Assembly (NCBI GenBank): GCA_976226885.1
Contig: OZ320322.1
Coordinates: 63,984,001-64,048,000 of the forward strand
Direction of reading: 5' to 3'
Source: Iphione sp. A-MEVVRFRX5
Taxonomy: Eukaryota
DNA: 64,000 nucleotides
Positions within the stretch are counted from its first letter, which is position 1. The number at the start of each line of letters is the position of its first letter. A program made the position numbers and the translations under genes. Positions 61,901 through 64,000 of the stretch are shown in pieces. Below the pieces are notes generated by a model that saw only the letters and a program-made list of their open reading frames with translations, was not told where the DNA came from and did not search any database.

Positions 61901-63300
61901 ACCACCTCTGTCCCACAGTAAAACCTTCCAATCACACGGATCACAGCATCCTCCTCACTGGTACACCTTCTGTTCATTTTGGGGTCATGGCCGTCTCTGG
62001 CTCACCGCACGTTTCGGTGTGGCTGGCAGCGCCTTATTTCTTTTTCCCTGAAGTGGCCCTGTTAGGAGGGCTCAGTCCATGTCTCGTATAAACATACGGC
62101 CTATACGAAATCGCCAAGCCTGAACACACAGGTTGTACGGCTGGCTGCACTGTGCTGGGGGTTTAGTGGAAGTTTTTAACAGCGGTAGAATTCTGTTGTG
62201 ATCTAAAGCGCATCTTCAAGCAAAATCTACATCCTGAAATCTTATAAAATCTCGGGACAAAGCAAGGGAAAAAACAGACATATTTTACCTAAATCCTGAC
62301 AACCAACCGACGTTTTCCAGTACTAACCAAATAGTTTCAACTCGTGTAACTTACATTCAAGGTGTATACAGAATGGTGGAGATAACACTCGGTAATCATT
62401 CTTCATGAGAAGTATTGTTCTTCATACTCTACTTATTTCTCATGAAAGCTAGTTGGTGGCATTTTTTGAAAATCAAGTATTGATGAGAAACATCAGCACG
62501 AGGAAAATAACGTCACAGTGAATATGTATAAACTATGTCAAGCGTGGATGGTGACTTACATATCAGTTGTACACAATAAATAATATTATCAAAATTATCC
62601 ATTTCTCACTGAATCCTGTGAACAAGTAAATGGAAACTTCAGTCAGGGAACGTAATGAGGTATTAAAACCATTAAGCAACTAAAATCCAACGAAGCCTAT
62701 AAATACTTTACAGACGTTCTTCTCACACAATCATGTAACGTTCTAGAATCTCAATGAAGACATGGTCAATATGCGGTAGACGTGACTATTAATTACATGT
62801 ACCATCAAGGAATCTGGACCGAACTATTCCATCTCTAATCTCACACTCTCTGCTTGATTTCAACTGAGAAAAATCGAACTCTAACTGCTCTTGACGTACC
62901 ACGATATTGTATAGAAACGAAAATTACAGAATTTGTGACAATGCTTCGATGAAAAATTGTTGTTTTTATAAAATTACTGATTACAAAACTTGAACGCTTG
63001 TGGAAGATCGACCCTTTGGAAGATGTCAAGTTTCTACAGGAGCTTGCGCAGAGTGTCACGTGACTTAAACAGTTGGAAGAACTTCCCGGAAAATTCAAAC
63101 ATTATTGAATATCTTTGTCATTAGCTCTTTGGAAGGTACGACACTGCATCTAGCAATACTGGAAGCGAATCAAGTAAGCGTTATCTCTCTATGTCTTCAA
63201 GTAGATACCTGTACACTCAACTCGTCAGCACGTCCATGACGCGGGCCGCTGGCAGCCGGCAGACACGGTAGGTCGCCTACATCAACAAGAGAAAAGCACC

Positions 63301-64000
63301 TTAGACAAATCGCTCCGCCCGACCCCTCACCCCTGACGACGAGGAGGAGGAGGCGGAGGCGGAGGCGGAGGAGGAGCCTCGCTCTGGGGCTGCTCGTCCA
63401 GCGCCGTCTGTCGGGACGCCGTGAACAGCCGCCATGACACCCAGCGGGTCCAGCACTAACTCACGCTTGCTACTTTTCACACCTCGGGCCTCAGCAGGCT
63501 GCTGCTGCTGCTGCCCTCTAGCGGCGGACCCCCGCACCTTCTGGGAGTTGTCCTGGCGGGGGAGGGCCTTACATCCGGGGTCTGTCTCCACGTCCGTCAC
63601 GGTGATGTGGACGCTGGCATCCCCTTCCTCGGAGCGAGGCGTCCTACTCCTCCCGTTCCCGACAGAGGGCGCCTCCTCCGTGCTGGAGGAGGAGCTTCTC
63701 ATGAGTTTCTCGAAGGCGGACAGCTCGCGGTAGACGCGCTGGAACTCCGTCTCCTCCTCGCCCGAGTAGGCGCGGGACAGGGCGGCGCCCGCAGCCCGGC
63801 ACGGCGGCCGCCCGCACTCACCGTCTGCCATTAGCCCACCTTTCTCAGTAGTTTCTGTAGCCGCCGTCTGCGGCGTTGGTGGTGGTTGGGAACTGCGCGA
63901 GATGTTCCCTTCCTTCGTCACAGGGTCCACTTCCTTATCTGTACACGTGACATCAGGCCTGCCGTCAATCTCAGCCTCACTCGCCACAAACTGCGGCTTG
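63301..64000 (-). CDS. Probable large terminal exon of an unidentified gene continuing beyond the window; disordered C-terminus ending ERFV*
   Basis: More than 230 codons open to the window edge, GC/CpG-rich, with natural-looking composition (poly-Q, poly-S, TEFQRVYRELSAFEKLM helix). Confidence 0.6.
   Translation of the reverse strand, partial: KPQFVASEAEIDGRPDVTCTDKEVDPVTKEGNISRSSQPPPTPQTAATETTEKGGLMADGECGRPPCRAAGAALSRAYSGEEETEFQRVYRELSAFEKLMRSSSSSTEEAPSVGNGRSRTPRSEEGDASVHITVTDVETDPGCKALPRQDNSQKVRGSAARGQQQQQPAEARGVKSSKRELVLDPLGVMAAVHGVPTDGAGRAAPERGSSSASASASSSSSSGVRGRAERFV

Overview
Repeat-rich animal genomic DNA, invertebrate-like (a lophotrochozoan is a guess from the repeat types), with four N gaps and no prokaryotic features or CRISPR. 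(1) A 12-exon selenocysteine lyase gene (SCLY) lies on the minus strand, 24337->6256. I reconstructed it by hand: 1233 nt, 410 aa + stop, all GT-AG introns, with the PLP lysine motif HK|FYGP and the catalytic SVGAACH. Its introns are packed with unrelated minisatellites and three copies of a Helentron-type non-autonomous element. (2) An apparently intact Ngaro/PAT-type tyrosine-recombinase retrotransposon spans 30578-34829 (gag, RT/RNaseH, YR; split direct repeats A1..B1-A2-B2). (3) Two degenerate copies of a second DIRS-order element lie at 24644-28050 and 44230-47144. (4) A ~0.8 kb inverted-repeat element is present once in normal order (28.6-29.4 kb) and once inverted and circularly permuted (38.1-38.7 kb). 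(5) A 1.7 kb 5'-truncated insertion (39931-41647) is flanked by an exact 14-bp direct repeat. It carries a zinc-finger/low-complexity ORF and a Penelope-type minimal hammerhead ribozyme motif but no RT, and is the most unusual object here. (6) A TE graveyard at 48-55 kb holds Tigger, Gypsy and piggyBac remnants. (7) The probable last exon of an unidentified minus-strand gene lies at the right edge. No database searches were run; family calls rest on motifs recognised by eye, and repeat-array boundaries are approximate.
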